Source: an uncultured Nitrososphaeraceae archaeon (GTDB lineage Archaea > Thermoproteota > Nitrososphaeria > Nitrososphaerales > Nitrososphaeraceae). Taken from it: a DNA stretch of 64,000 nucleotides. Location: positions 192,001 through 256,000 of the forward strand of contig CAWIMJ010000050.1 in assembly GCA_963837175.1 (NCBI GenBank). Reading direction: 5' to 3'. Shown here in pieces: positions 42,627 through 54,164 of the stretch (the first letter of the stretch is position 1; every line of letters starts with the position of its first letter). The notes under the pieces are model-generated. The model saw only the letters and a program-made list of their open reading frames with translations. It ran no database searches and was not told the DNA's origin. The position numbers and the translations under genes were made by a program.

Positions 42627-43312
42627 GGCTCTGTTCACTTAATTTTTTCTTTAATAAGCATTCTATTATGCAGATAAACAAACTGATTCATCATCCAATT
42701 GCTAACATGATGTTCTAGTTTACAGTTATCTCTTTTTCTACATGGAAAATAATCATCAAAACATTCTGTTCTATCTTTAAAGTATTGAACTGTTCTCTCA
42801 ATTATGCTTCTGTCATGGAATGAGTGAAGATGATGTTTTATCTTTGCAAATTTACAAGCATATGGATACCATGTCCCACCATCAGTAGAAACTGGGTGCT
42901 TTCCATATCTTCTAACTAATTCTTGTAGAAACCGTTCTGCAACAAGTATGCTTCTCTCAAAAGAAATTCTAATACCGAGAATCAGCTTATCTATTGGCTC
43001 AATGGCAATCCATAACCATGCATATTGATTGCCAACTTTAAGTAGTGTTTCATCTATATTATAAATTCAGATACTTTTCTCTTATTCTGAAGTATCTTTT
43101 TTGGTTTGAAGCGTTGAATCCAATTCCATATCGAAACATGATTCCTTTTTATAAATGGAAACAGGTGTTCTGATGCTCTTCTGAGTGAAAGGCCTGAAAA
43201 GTATAGATGTAGTGCATAGTAGATGTACTTTGAAGATGTTCTATTTCTTTTGAGTAGCATAATAGGGATAAGATACTTTCAGCTATAGATTTAACGTTAA
43301 GTGAACAGAGCC
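42627..43312 (-). mobile_element. IS6-family element (686 bp); transposase interrupted by a 2-nt insertion near 43055
   Basis: TIRs GGCTCTGTTCACTTAA / TTAAGTGAACAGAGCC; flanks cttacagg / gttacagg. ORF MLLKRNRT..FII, then DETLLKVG..STDGGTWY..IERTVQYFKDRTECFDDYFPC in another frame. Confidence 0.92.
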
Positions 43313-43408
43313 GTTACAGGGATAAGAAGGTTTAAATGATTTTAGATTTTCTTTTGAGTCTCAAAAATAAACTTTAAATTCGGATATTAATCTTCAAGCT
43401 ATTTGTAT

Positions 43409-43588
43409 ATGTCTAAACCATTGCAATTACCAGTATGTACCTCTTGCAGTAGACCTATTATGCCAAATGACGAATGTGTAAAATATTATTGTCCCAGCTG
43501 TGGATATGTTCTGATTTGGCGATGTGAGAGCTGTCGCGAGTTTGCCAGAGTTTACAAATGCGTCGGCTGCGGATTCGAGGGACCTTAG
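43409..43588 (+). CDS. DUF1610 double Zn-ribbon protein
   Basis: CTSC..CPSCG..RCESCR..YKCVGCGFEGP; canonical position upstream of EF-1beta. Confidence 0.9.
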   Translation: MSKPLQLPVCTSCSRPIMPNDECVKYYCPSCGYVLIWRCESCREFARVYKCVGCGFEGP

Positions 43589-43590
43589 AA

Positions 43591-43872
43591 ATGACTCGTC
43601 TACTTGCAAGAATTAGAATTTTGCCTGCAGATGCCGAATCAAATCTAGACATGGTGATCCAAACACTAAAGAACAAGGTTCCTAAGGACATGGAGTTAAA
43701 GTCACATATAAAAGAACCAATCGCCTTTGGCCTGAATGCTATCGTTGGAGATTTTCTGCTAGACGACGCAGAAGGCCAGATGAATAGATTAGAGGACGCT
43801 GTCAGGGACACTGAAGGAGTGGGCGAAATAGAAGTAATTAACATAAGCAGACACTCTGTAAAATTAAAATGA
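43591..43872 (+). CDS. ef1b: Translation elongation factor EF-1beta
   Basis: RILP..EPIAFGL..LED..EGVGEIEV; ATG at 43591. Confidence 0.93.
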   Translation: MTRLLARIRILPADAESNLDMVIQTLKNKVPKDMELKSHIKEPIAFGLNAIVGDFLLDDAEGQMNRLEDAVRDTEGVGEIEVINISRHSVKLK

Positions 43873-43914
43873 TAAGGAAAAATTATAAATGCGGGAGGTT
43901 GTAACGGCAAGCCT

Positions 43915-46113
43915 TTGAAAAAGTCTCGCGGGACCATCGGTGAATCGTCGCCAACAATCCATTTGAGGGTAGTTGAGGCAAAACATCGTGATGTAGGAAA
44001 GCGTCGAGCAAGGATCGAATCTGATTCTATGCATCATCTTGGAATTGAACCTGGAGAAGTGATTGAAATAATTGGCAAACGTAATACTGCGGTGACTGCA
44101 TGGCCTGACGATGAAGAGGAAAAGGAAATCGATGTTATTAGAATTGACGGACAGACTAGAAAGAATGCCGGCGTAGGATTGAATGATTTACTGGCAGTAA
44201 AAAAGGTTGAATCAAAACCTGCACGCAGTGTAGTCTTGATGCCATTAGGTAATAGCAACATTGTTGTAGACAAAGAATTCTGTGAATTTGTAAAAAACAG
44301 GTTAAGGGGTTTTCCAGTAAATGAAGGCGATGAGATATCTGTTGTGATCCTAGGTAATCCTATGGATTTTCGGATCGAACGAGTTACACCTCACACAATA
44401 GTAAAGATTGAACAATCAACTAAACTTACCTTAATGGCGGAGATAGCAGTTGAACAGAAACCACGGGTAACTTATGAGCAAATCGGCGGTTTGAAAGAAC
44501 AGATCAAGCGACTTCGAGAGATTGTAGAATTGCCTTTGCGGCATCCAGAGGTATTTGTACGTCTTGGTATCGAGCCCCATAACGGTATACTCATGTATGG
44601 ATCTCCTGGTTGCGGAAAAACCTTAATTGCTAAGGCTCTCGCGTCAGAATCAGAAGCAAATTTTTATATTATTAATGGTCCGGAAATTGTAAACAAGTAT
44701 TACGGAGAAACGGAGGCAAGATTAAGAGATATTTTTAAAGAAGCAAAGGATACGTCTCCTAGTATTATATTTATTGATGAAATTGATGCAATTGCTCCAA
44801 AAAGAGAGGAAGCTTTTGGTGACGTCGAGAAAAGGGTTGTTGCACAATTGCTTGCTTTAATGGATGGTATGTCCGAACGAGGAAATGTAATTGTACTCGG
44901 AGCAACGAATAGACCAGAAAGCATAGATCCCGCATTGAGACGTCCTGGAAGGTTTGATAGGGAAATAGAAATAGGTGTTCCTAATGCAGAAGGAAGAATA
45001 GAAATTCTTCAAATTCATACTAGGGGAATGCCTCTTGCGGCAGATATAGATATGCGACAATTAGCATCTGAACTTTATGGATATACTGGTGCTGATATCA
45101 AGGCGTTATGCAGAGAAGCTGCTATGAAAGCTCTCAGACGTTATCTTCCAGAAATTGATATTGAAGGAGATAAAGTTTCATCAGACACACTCGAGATGAT
45201 GGAAATTAGGACTAAAGATTTCAAAGAAGGAATGAAGGAGATAATTCCAACTGCAATGAGAGAATTTTATGTGGAAGTCGCACGAGTTAAATGGAGCGAC
45301 GTAGGAGGTTTATATGAAGCAAAACGGACGCTATATGATAATCTTATTACTGCAATTAAAGATCCCGATGGCTTTTATAAAATGGGTATAAGGCCGCCGC
45401 GAGGAGCTTTGTTGTTTGGACCTCCTGGCTGCGGCAAGACGTTGATTGCAAAATCCCTAGCTACCGAGAGTAGTGCCAACATAATTGTCGTACGCGGACC
45501 TGAGGTTTTATCTAAGTGGGTGGGCGAGTCTGAAAAAGCTATACGCGAAATATTCAGGAAAGCAAAGGCTTCTTCTCCGTGCGTTGTAGTATTTGATGAA
45601 TTGGATTCTCTTGCTAGACCAAGAGGTGGGCCAGAAGATTTAGCCGGTAATGAAAGAGTGCTTTCACAGATTTTAACTGAAATGGATGATTCCGGATCTG
45701 CAGGAGTTATTGTAATTGGTATTACCAATAGGCCTGACCTTATTGACACATCTATGCTTCGTCCGGGAAGACTGGATCTAATAGTGTACATTGGTTCACC
45801 AGATGATAGGGCACGGCATGAAATTATGAAAATACTTACTTCGTCTATGCCGTTAGCAAAGAATGTAAATTTAGAAGATATTTCTGAGTCTACAAAAGGA
45901 TTTAGTGGTGCAGATCTAGTTGCTTTATGCAGGGAAGCTGCTGTTAATGCAATGAGAACCAAATCAAATATTGTTAATAATACTGATTTTGGTAAGGCGT
46001 TACATCTAGTAAAGCCCTCAATAACTAAGGATATAGAGGAGTGGTATGAAACGATGAAAAAAAGTGTTACTTATGCGATGCCAAGACCCATAGACAAAGC
46101 ATTTTATGGATAA
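43915..46113 (+). CDS. cdc48: Cdc48/p97 (VAT) AAA+ ATPase
   Basis: Double-psi-barrel N-domain; two AAA modules ([13 protein letters not shown] and [13 protein letters not shown]); C-terminus ..AFYG (HbYX-like). Confidence 0.96.
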   Translation: MKKSRGTIGESSPTIHLRVVEAKHRDVGKRRARIESDSMHHLGIEPGEVIEIIGKRNTAVTAWPDDEEEKEIDVIRIDGQTRKNAGVGLNDLLAVKKVESKPARSVVLMPLGNSNIVVDKEFCEFVKNRLRGFPVNEGDEISVVILGNPMDFRIERVTPHTIVKIEQSTKLTLMAEIAVEQKPRVTYEQIGGLKEQIKRLREIVELPLRHPEVFVRLGIEPHNGILMYGSPGCGKTLIAKALASESEANFYIINGPEIVNKYYGETEARLRDIFKEAKDTSPSIIFIDEIDAIAPKREEAFGDVEKRVVAQLLALMDGMSERGNVIVLGATNRPESIDPALRRPGRFDREIEIGVPNAEGRIEILQIHTRGMPLAADIDMRQLASELYGYTGADIKALCREAAMKALRRYLPEIDIEGDKVSSDTLEMMEIRTKDFKEGMKEIIPTAMREFYVEVARVKWSDVGGLYEAKRTLYDNLITAIKDPDGFYKMGIRPPRGALLFGPPGCGKTLIAKSLATESSANIIVVRGPEVLSKWVGESEKAIREIFRKAKASSPCVVVFDELDSLARPRGGPEDLAGNERVLSQILTEMDDSGSAGVIVIGITNRPDLIDTSMLRPGRLDLIVYIGSPDDRARHEIMKILTSSMPLAKNVNLEDISESTKGFSGADLVALCREAAVNAMRTKSNIVNNTDFGKALHLVKPSITKDIEEWYETMKKSVTYAMPRPIDKAFYG

Positions 46114-46610
46114 TAATTAGCAGATGAAGGTTCTTTTGCATTAAATAGATATTCTTTATCAGTAAAAAAAGACATTCAATAATAGATATCTTATCACTAG
46201 CTCGGCACACTTCATAGTTGAATATTTGGAATGTTGAGTTAAAACTGAGTATGTGTGTGTGGGGCAGCAAGACAGTTCCATCTATATATTCTCAAGAGAC
46301 AAATGGTGTAAAGATGCCTTCAGTATCTATTGCGAAGAGATTTCTTACAACAATTAGAGATATAATATCACAAAAACAAACATTTCTTAATTCTTGTTAT
46401 CTGTATACTTCATCCATTCTGTAAGCTTTTCTCCGTTGCCGTTGCTATAGGAGTAATAACCACCATTATGGCTCCTATATTAGCTCGGTCTTTTATTGAA
46501 AAGTCTAAGATTAAAACAAAGCAGTCCTTTTTGGAAGAATCTGATATTTTAAAAAAAACATCTCGAATTAATATTAAAATTAAAATAAAAGCTTTCTAAA
46601 AAGATCACTA

Positions 46611-47039
46611 TTGTTTTTTAAAAATAAGAGGATAAAGCGAGAAGCAGCCAAAAGGCATGTGGTAATGACTCGACAAGTAGCTGATGGAATAATCACATAT
46701 GCTAAAAGCTGGCATCCGCACGAGGGAATTTTGATTTTGCAAGGTAAAATCAAGAAGGAAGAAATTATAATAGAGGGTTTGATAATTCCACCATTTTCAT
46801 TGCATGGTCCATATTATTCTGGATTTTCAGGATATGAATTGCCTTTTGATCTCTCATATATAGGTACAGCACATTCTCATCCAGGAGGCTCCAACAAACC
46901 TTCGCTCGAGGATCTAAATAATTATTATGGTTTGGTCTCAATAATTATTAGCTATCCTTACGAAGATAACACTATTGGAGCCTTTGATAGAAGTGGTAAG
47001 ATTATGGAAATAAAAATCCTAACCCCTGATACGATTTGA
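46611..47039 (+). CDS. JAMM/MPN+ metalloprotease
   Basis: HPHEG..GTAHSHP..PSLEDL: intact E..HxH..S..D motif. Confidence 0.9.
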   Translation: MFFKNKRIKREAAKRHVVMTRQVADGIITYAKSWHPHEGILILQGKIKKEEIIIEGLIIPPFSLHGPYYSGFSGYELPFDLSYIGTAHSHPGGSNKPSLEDLNNYYGLVSIIISYPYEDNTIGAFDRSGKIMEIKILTPDTI

Positions 47040-47389
47040 GATTTTTTTAGTAAACTTAATAAAACAATACTGGCAATTTCACTATATAAGTATGAATTGG
47101 ATAGGCCATTCGGAGATATGTATGATAAGCGAATCATTTGTTATAAGCTTGAGGCTATCCATGATCTTTCCTTCTTTAATCTCTTCACCGTTAGCGCTGG
47201 CGATTTTCATTGGTATTTCTTGTTATAAGACAAAACAAACAATGTTAGGTAGGGATATGTATAAAGAAAACATATGCAATGAAATGTTACTAAGATCAAG
47301 AATGATTACGAACATATTTGTTGCGACCATGAATTTGAAAGCAAAGCTTTTCATTACTCCAGATCAAAAATCCGGAGAAAGGATTTAAG

Positions 47390-47710
47390 TTGACACTCGA
47401 ACAATTACGTGAAAAAGCTTTTTTTCAAAATACTATTGACGTGTGGATAATATTGTGCGAGGAGAAAGGTTGGAATTGGTATAATACCAAAGATTACAGG
47501 AATTTTATTGCTCATCTTAATTCAAAGGGAATAAAGATGCAGAAATTTCCTCTTTGTATAAAGGAATCAGGTGGAATGTATGAACGTGGTAAAGATAAGA
47601 CTAAATTCCTCGATGAACTATCTCAGCTCGCCTCTTATGATTCTGCCGCATATACAATAAAATTAAACACAGATACTCTTGCCTACGCTAGATCGTTTAA
47701 TTTAAAATAG
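47390..47710 (+). CDS. Hypothetical protein
   Basis: 106-aa ORF; AFFQNTIDVW..KFPLCIKESGG. Confidence 0.72.
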   Translation: MTLEQLREKAFFQNTIDVWIILCEEKGWNWYNTKDYRNFIAHLNSKGIKMQKFPLCIKESGGMYERGKDKTKFLDELSQLASYDSAAYTIKLNTDTLAYARSFNLK

Positions 47711-48050
47711 GGATTTTGAACAGACTTCTTTTAATATTAAGATATGAACTCTTTTTAGAGTTTTTATTGCAGTAAATTGCTAATAATCCCTGCAGTTTAA
47801 TGTCCGCTTACATAAATTAGATATAAATGATAACGAGGATATGAAAATCGAAACGTACTTGGTCTTACCCAATTTAATCCTCATACAATTTCCACGTACC
47901 CAAGCTTAACGATGTAATAATAATTATCATATTGTTATATCGAAAAATATACTTATCCTATACCATTGAATTTTTTTTATTTCTAAAGTATGAAATGTTC
48001 ATCATTAACAATAGCTTAAAATTAAATATATTTATTCTTGTAATGTTGTT

Positions 48051-48830
48051 TTGGTCAGAATGTTATTTGATGCACATATACATTTAACCGATGACGAATT
48101 TACATCTTATAGGGAATTTATTGTAAATAACCTGAGGGCGTTAAAAATAAAAGCTTGTTCAGTTACAGTAAATATAGAGACCGCACTACGAAACCTCCAA
48201 TATTTTAACCATTCAACTAATGACGTAATAACAAAATTTATAGGAATACATCCAGAATTTGCCAATAGAGAAGATCTTTCTAAATTTATTGAAATATTTA
48301 ATGAAAATAGCGCAGCAATAAAGGGTATCGGTGAAATTGGCATCGATCCTACATATGTAAATAACAAAGTAAGTACTTATCAAAAACAGAAGGAAGTTTT
48401 TGATTTGATGTTAAGCTTGGCCGAAGCTACAAAGAAACCTGTTTCCATACATTCTAGGCGAGCACTGGACGACATATTAGAAACTCTATGCTCATACAAT
48501 ATCGACTGTGTTTTATTACATTGGTTTGCAGGAAGTAAAAACCAATTAAAAAAGTCAATGGATATGCGTCTGTATGTATCCTATGGTCCAGCTCTGGTAT
48601 ATTCTAATGATAAAAAGACATTATTACAGAATACTGACAGAGATAGAATTCTTGTCGAAACGGATGGACCTGTAAGATATTCGAGATGCTTTAATAATTA
48701 TCCAGCAATGTCTAGTTCTTTTTTAATAACTGTTGTTGACAGCGTAGCTAAAATACTAGGAATAAGCTACGAAGAGACATTAGATATACTCAGAATTAAT
48801 TCTGAATCCTATTTAAAAGAGAGATTATAA
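48051..48830 (+). CDS. tatD: TatD-family hydrolase
   Basis: DAHIH, GIHP, GIGEIGID, IHSR, LHWF, LVETDGP. Confidence 0.93.
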   Translation: MVRMLFDAHIHLTDDEFTSYREFIVNNLRALKIKACSVTVNIETALRNLQYFNHSTNDVITKFIGIHPEFANREDLSKFIEIFNENSAAIKGIGEIGIDPTYVNNKVSTYQKQKEVFDLMLSLAEATKKPVSIHSRRALDDILETLCSYNIDCVLLHWFAGSKNQLKKSMDMRLYVSYGPALVYSNDKKTLLQNTDRDRILVETDGPVRYSRCFNNYPAMSSSFLITVVDSVAKILGISYEETLDILRINSESYLKERL

Positions 48831-48863
48831 CAAAGATAAAATACCCTGCTATTAGATATTTTC

Positions 48864-49130
48864 TTGATGGATCGAGTTAGACGCATTTCTACTGAGCTTT
48901 TGGAAAAATATCCAGACAAATTCACTGTTGATTTTGACGAAAACAAGAAAATTATTAACGATATAGCTGCAGTGAGATCGAAGATACTGCGAAACAAGAT
49001 CGCAGGATATATAACCTCATATCTTCATAAGGCAGCCATGCGAAATGAGCAAGAAATTTCTGATTCCGAGCGAGAAGAATTAGAAAAAGGACCAGATATA
49101 GAAAAAGAACAGTATAGTAGAAATAATTAG
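48864..49130 (+). CDS. rps17e: 30S ribosomal protein eS17
   Basis: KYPDKFTVDFDENK..SKILRNKIAGYIT. Confidence 0.95.
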   Translation: MMDRVRRISTELLEKYPDKFTVDFDENKKIINDIAAVRSKILRNKIAGYITSYLHKAAMRNEQEISDSEREELEKGPDIEKEQYSRNN

Positions 49131-49396
49131 TGCCTCCAATGATAACTATCAATATACTCGGTGGTGCAAGAAAAATAGTTGGGACGTCATCACTAGAGTT
49201 TAACAGGTCTAATGCGTCAATATCTGAGATTTTGGCGTTCCTACAGGAGAATGCTGCAGAACCTAAAATTTTAAGTGTAAATAATATTCTAATAGCCGTA
49301 AATGGGGTAGAATCATCAGCACTGTCAGGAAATGAAACAGTTGCAAAAACAGGAGATGTGATAACTATTGTCTCTGTAGTTCATGGTGGTATTTAA
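49130..49396 (+). CDS. MoaD/ThiS/SAMP ubiquitin-like protein ending GG-Ile
   Basis: ILIAVNG..GDVITIVSVVHGGI*; codons CAT GGT GGT ATT TAA. Confidence 0.88.
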   Translation: MPPMITINILGGARKIVGTSSLEFNRSNASISEILAFLQENAAEPKILSVNNILIAVNGVESSALSGNETVAKTGDVITIVSVVHGGI

Positions 49397-49541
49397 TTTC
49401 CATTATCAATCTACATAATACATGAAAAAAGTATTGCCTTTGCCATGACATTCTATGACATTCGTAAGCCCAAATAAAGAATGTATTTAACAATAGATTT
49501 ATTATCACGAAGTTCGTTATTCTATAAAAAAGATATTTGTA

Positions 49542-50081
49542 GTGATTAGATCGATGACAATGTGTCTAGTAGATAACACATTCTATTCAATTGTAGGAGT
49601 TAAGAAAATAAACATGAAGGACATTGGAAGATTTCTAGAAGAATTAAGGAACCTTTTCCCGGAGGTATCAATACAAGCATTGGACGCAAATATTGTATAT
49701 GGACATGAACACATTGATCAAGTCCTAAAAATCACGTTAGAAGCTATAAAAAGAAAAATAACCATTGCTCATAAAGCCGAAATTGATCTTTTACTTCGAT
49801 TGTCCTCTACTGATCAGATATCACTCGCTTTAAAATATGCTGGTCTAAAAAATGGATCGCCAGGTTGCTTCATCTTTTTTTCGAAAGATAAAACAAAGCT
49901 CGCGAAAACGAAATCATATATTGAAAACGTGTTCTCTGACAAAGACAACTCTATTATAAATGCTAATACAATAAAAAGAAAAATTATCTCTGAGCGAATT
50001 GGTATATCTTCAGCTAATTTATTCGATGATCAAACTTTTATTCTATATCTTGTAGAAAGGGCTTGTCTAATCATGAAGTAG
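49542..50081 (+). CDS. cgi121: KEOPS complex subunit Cgi121
   Basis: QALDANIVYG.EH..EIDLLLRLS.TDQISLAL..AGL. Confidence 0.85.
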   Translation: MIRSMTMCLVDNTFYSIVGVKKINMKDIGRFLEELRNLFPEVSIQALDANIVYGHEHIDQVLKITLEAIKRKITIAHKAEIDLLLRLSSTDQISLALKYAGLKNGSPGCFIFFSKDKTKLAKTKSYIENVFSDKDNSIINANTIKRKIISERIGISSANLFDDQTFILYLVERACLIMK

Positions 50082-50601
50082 AAATTTTCCTTTTTTCGAC
50101 AACAGAGCTAAATATCTGATTAGGTCTCAATACAGAGACTCCTGTTACTTTCCCCACTATTTCCACCAGGACAATCCAATCTGGCTTTTCCAGATTTACC
50201 TTATTGTCTATAGATCCAGCAACTGCTTTGATGACATCCAAAGAGCTTAGAGAAGTGTGTCTTTTTTCTACAGTTATACGAAAAGTTTCATGTTTGTTAA
50301 TCTTTAGAGCAAGTCTTTTAGCGTTACTGGTTATATACTCCAACTGTGTTGGTCCTACTGTTTCTATTGGCAGAAGTCTGAGTATATAGCGAATTTCCCA
50401 TGGATTGTCGATCATTAATTTACGAAATATTTGTATAACTTGAAAAAGATCAATTCTAGTAAATCCTAGTATAATACCAATAATATCAGAGACTTCGGCT
50501 TGAGCTTCTAAGTCACCTGCACTACCAAGGATATCAAGTATTTCATTATATGCTTCTTCCTCACGATGCCTAAAAGTAGAAACTATCAGATTAAAATTCA
50601 T
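50071..50601 (-). CDS. THUMP-domain RNA-binding protein
   Basis: TFRITVEKRH..VNLEKPDWIVLVEIVG..GVSV. Confidence 0.88.
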   Translation of the reverse strand: MNFNLIVSTFRHREEEAYNEILDILGSAGDLEAQAEVSDIIGIILGFTRIDLFQVIQIFRKLMIDNPWEIRYILRLLPIETVGPTQLEYITSNAKRLALKINKHETFRITVEKRHTSLSSLDVIKAVAGSIDNKVNLEKPDWIVLVEIVGKVTGVSVLRPNQIFSSVVEKRKISTS

Positions 50602-50602
50602 A

Positions 50603-51262
50603 TTAATAAACTCTACTATCTCTCTCCAGTGTTGTGTAAATTGCTTCTGATATAATTGCTCCCTCTCTAATGATTTTGGGATGGTGTCCTGTCAAATCTA
50701 CTATAGTTGATTGAATTTTTCCTTCAACTGTTCCGCCATCTAAGATTACATTGAAACCTCTTAAGGATGACGATAAGACTTCACACGCAGATTTGCATGC
50801 TTGCTCACCTGATTTATTTGCGCTTGTCCCTGTAAGATATTTGCAACCTTTAAGCAACGAAAGAGCACAAATATTATTTGGAATTCTTACACCTATGTTC
50901 ATTTCGCCAGCCCTTAAATTATTAGATATCTTTTGGTCTATCAATGGAACAATAATGGTGAGGGCGCCCGGCCAATATATTTCAGCCAATTTTTTTCCTG
51001 TACTGCCCAATGATACAATTCTTTCGATGTCTATAATAGAGGATGCCAAAATAGGAAGGGGATTCATCTTATCACGATTTTTTATCTCGAAAATTTTCTC
51101 AACAGCTTTTTTGTTATATGGATTGCAGCCAAGACCATAAAGCGTATCTGTTGGAAACACTATTACTCCGCCATTCTTCACAATCGAGACACATTTTGTT
51201 ATGTCATCTCGTTCATTGCATTTCAATATTTCGAACGGTAATTCTTCGGTTTTCTTTGACAT
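50603..51262 (-). CDS. sua5: Threonylcarbamoyl-AMP synthase (TsaC/Sua5 YrdC domain)
   Basis: FPTDTLYGL, IK.R..NPL, WPGALT, VRIP, GTSANKSG, STIVD. Confidence 0.94.
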   Translation of the reverse strand: MSKKTEELPFEILKCNERDDITKCVSIVKNGGVIVFPTDTLYGLGCNPYNKKAVEKIFEIKNRDKMNPLPILASSIIDIERIVSLGSTGKKLAEIYWPGALTIIVPLIDQKISNNLRAGEMNIGVRIPNNICALSLLKGCKYLTGTSANKSGEQACKSACEVLSSSLRGFNVILDGGTVEGKIQSTIVDLTGHHPKIIREGAIISEAIYTTLERDSRVY

Positions 51263-52523
51263 TAAAGTTAATTAAAGTAAGCAAATTTAAGGTTGTTCAG
51301 ATGATGTTATCAATTCTATTGAGAATTTTGCATTATCATAATTGCTATAAATAGATCTTCATCTGTCAATTTATCTTATCAAAAGGTTTGTCAGAGTTAT
51401 ATACGTATGATTTGTTATCGCTTTTGGTTGTAATTCTCCCCAATGTTTTTTGAAATGACATCTGTTAAGTCAGTTACGGTGGAATCATCTTCTATGAAAT
51501 TACTATGATAAATCAGTTCTGAAATCTATAGAATATTTATGGACGCCATTCTCTGGTAAGGTATTTGTTATCTTGCTTTGTCATGAAGTAGTATGTAATT
51601 ATTACATTCACTTTGTATATATATTCAAAATGTTCCCAATGTCACTTAAAGCCAAATTTAAAAGCTGGATAGAGATCCGGGAAAGTGATAATAATCAATA
51701 AGTTCAGAAATAGACATTTTAGATAACCCTCTATTTTACTTGGTCCACTGCCATAATCTAATAGATTATAGTATGTTATTTCATTTATGGAGTATGGATA
51801 TCAATACTAGCTATCATCAAAGAAATTAACAAGAGTACTCTCATCGTACTATCAATAGGATTTATAATAATTTACATTATTAAGGAAACCTGAGGATCAA
51901 ATAGATTAAAAATCTGATTGAGGATAATATTTAATACAAAGATTAATGGTTAGTTGATGATACCCTAATACTCCAATTGTAAAACTTAATAACGAAAAAG
52001 CCAAGTTATTATTTAGTTCATTTCTCTAACTAATAGCTCGGATAATCAAATCAAAACATAAATATCATAAGATGAAAGTTTTTGCAGAAATATACAATAT
52101 TATTAAAATTAGTATGTATAGGATAAAGCTACCGGTCAGGGTTGGAAGTCAAATATTTTTCGAGGATATAAACCTGTAGAATGGTCAAAAGAAAATTTGA
52201 ATCTTTATTATTGCAAAGGCTAATTATGATCAACAATAAGATATGCTATACTAACTAACAAAAGTTCGTTTACAGATTTTTCTTAATATGTAAGGTTTAC
52301 TATGCTTAAAAAATCCTTTTACTTGGTCTTAAAAGATATACGAAATTATGTTAGGCAGTATAAATATGCAGACAGGGGGATTTTATAAAAGTGAATTAGA
52401 TAATAGGTAAGGCTAATATCTGATTGTCTAATTACAATTGAATAGAGGAAATTATTAGGCTGAATATACAGAAGTACGTTACTGAAGTCAAATATAGGTG
52501 GTACCACAAACGATAGATAATCG

Positions 52524-52868
52524 ATGTACTACGGTCCTCATCTGACAATTGTGCTACTAACAATATCTATAATAATTATGGTATTGCTCATGACATGTCC
52601 AAACACACGAGCAGTAAACGCTCAGAACACCGAGCTCGAACGAGCTGTTAGTCAAATACAAATAGAGGATAACATAATAAAAGGAGAAGATTCCTCTAAC
52701 GTATTCTTACTATCCACTCCTGATGCAGAAGGAAGCGATAGCAAAGGAAATGATGTCGAATGTCAAGATGACCCGAATCAAGATGTCAAGGACTGCTCTA
52801 CTACAAAATCAGATCATAATAATAAAGAAATGCAGTCATCTACCGACATATTGTTGCCATTTCCTTAA
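52524..52868 (+). CDS. Small secreted acidic hypothetical protein
   Basis: Signal peptide (..AVNA), two Cys in the mature part, ends LLPFP. Confidence 0.65.
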   Translation: MYYGPHLTIVLLTISIIIMVLLMTCPNTRAVNAQNTELERAVSQIQIEDNIIKGEDSSNVFLLSTPDAEGSDSKGNDVECQDDPNQDVKDCSTTKSDHNNKEMQSSTDILLPFP

Positions 52869-53138
52869 GAGCACTCATTAGGATTTTTTTATATTTTGTC
52901 TCAGAAATCAACAGTTCTTATCTTCCTATCTTTCTTGCCGATTTATCTTGTATACATTTTTTAAGATATTCTTTATGACCATGATTATAATTCTCATGTC
53001 TTTCCAACAATATAAAACCTAAATTTGATCATGGAGTATCAAGGTATTTCGTCTAGCAGATCTATTTCGGGAACAGAAGTTATACTTCCAAGATGCAAAT
53101 AATTTGAGAATCAGAATATACACTTCTATACTAGCTGT

Positions 53139-54164
53139 ATGCCTAGTGTTATTCTTATAAACCCGCGCCCTGCAAACGCTGTACATAATGTCTCGCGAGT
53201 AGTTTATAAAAAGAGTAACTATCTATCCATTTACGGAGCCAATTTTGTGTTTAGACAATATATAATTTTAGTTAGATTACCCAATGTATTTACTGCAGCG
53301 TCTAATATTTTACCGGGCTATTTTACAGTAATTACTGCTGCCACTTTTTCCTTCCTTAATATAAATATCTTATACTTAGCTGGTCTAATGGCTTCATCTT
53401 CACTGCTTTATCTTGCAGGAATAGTCTTTAACGACTATTTTGATATTGAAATAGACAAAAAAGAGCGTCCTAGTAGACCTTTACCATCCGGAAAAATAAC
53501 AAAAAGAAAAGCACTAACAATTGCTATTTCATCAATCATAGCCGCTAATGTACTTGCTCTTCTTATTAATTGGACGAGCTTCATAGTTGCAGTTATTCTA
53601 ACAACTATCGTTATTGCCTACGATTATCGGTTAAAACATAACAGTATTACCGGTCCAATCACAATGGGTCTTGCAAGATTTGTTAATATGATATTGGGGG
53701 CTAGTCCTGCATTACCAACACTTCTGCTATCTACTGCATCTAGTAAAGTGCTATTATTTATTGCTACTTCAATGTTTCTATATGTTGTCGCAATAGGTAT
53801 TCTTAGCAAACAAGAAGTGAGTGATAAGGCAACGAACCTTGTTATTATTTGCTCGTTGTCAATTGTACTTATTGATATTGCATCAATAGCAATTGCGGGT
53901 CTTATGGGAATATTTCAACATGCAGTATTTGCTAATTTAGCCTTATTCTCGATTGTTATGGTTATTATCTTTAGACCAATACTAAGACGCTTAGGTAGTC
54001 TTGCTCCAATTCATATTCAAAATATTATCAAGAACATGATAATATCTATAATAATACTTGATTCTGTCTTCGTCAGTGGTATAATTGGTTTGCCTTATGG
54101 TTTCGCAACCCTTCTTCTTATAATTCCTCCTGTTATGCTGGCAAGGAAATATTACCTGACCTAG
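53139..54164 (+). CDS. UbiA-family prenyltransferase (EboC-like); start possibly GTG near 53247
   Basis: RLPNVFTA, NDYFDIEIDKKERPSRPLPSG, YD..LK..MGLARFVN; multiple TM helices. Confidence 0.88.
   Translation: MPSVILINPRPANAVHNVSRVVYKKSNYLSIYGANFVFRQYIILVRLPNVFTAASNILPGYFTVITAATFSFLNINILYLAGLMASSSLLYLAGIVFNDYFDIEIDKKERPSRPLPSGKITKRKALTIAISSIIAANVLALLINWTSFIVAVILTTIVIAYDYRLKHNSITGPITMGLARFVNMILGASPALPTLLLSTASSKVLLFIATSMFLYVVAIGILSKQEVSDKATNLVIICSLSIVLIDIASIAIAGLMGIFQHAVFANLALFSIVMVIIFRPILRRLGSLAPIHIQNIIKNMIISIIILDSVFVSGIIGLPYGFATLLLIIPPVMLARKYYLT

Noticed and set aside
43558-43590. ORF-track N-terminal extension of EF-1beta
   Set aside because: It overlaps the DUF1610 gene; the ATG at 43591 gives the normal length.
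46114-46610. Short ORFs between cdc48 and the JAMM gene
   Set aside because: No homology cues; likely non-coding or unrecognisably decayed.
51263-52500. Possible decayed gene upstream of sua5
   Set aside because: No continuous frame or diagnostic motif could be reconstructed by eye.
48051-54164. Possible ebo cluster (EboC-like UbiA + TatD)
   Set aside because: The TatD is the housekeeping type linked to rps17e, lies more than 4 kb away, and no other ebo genes are adjacent.
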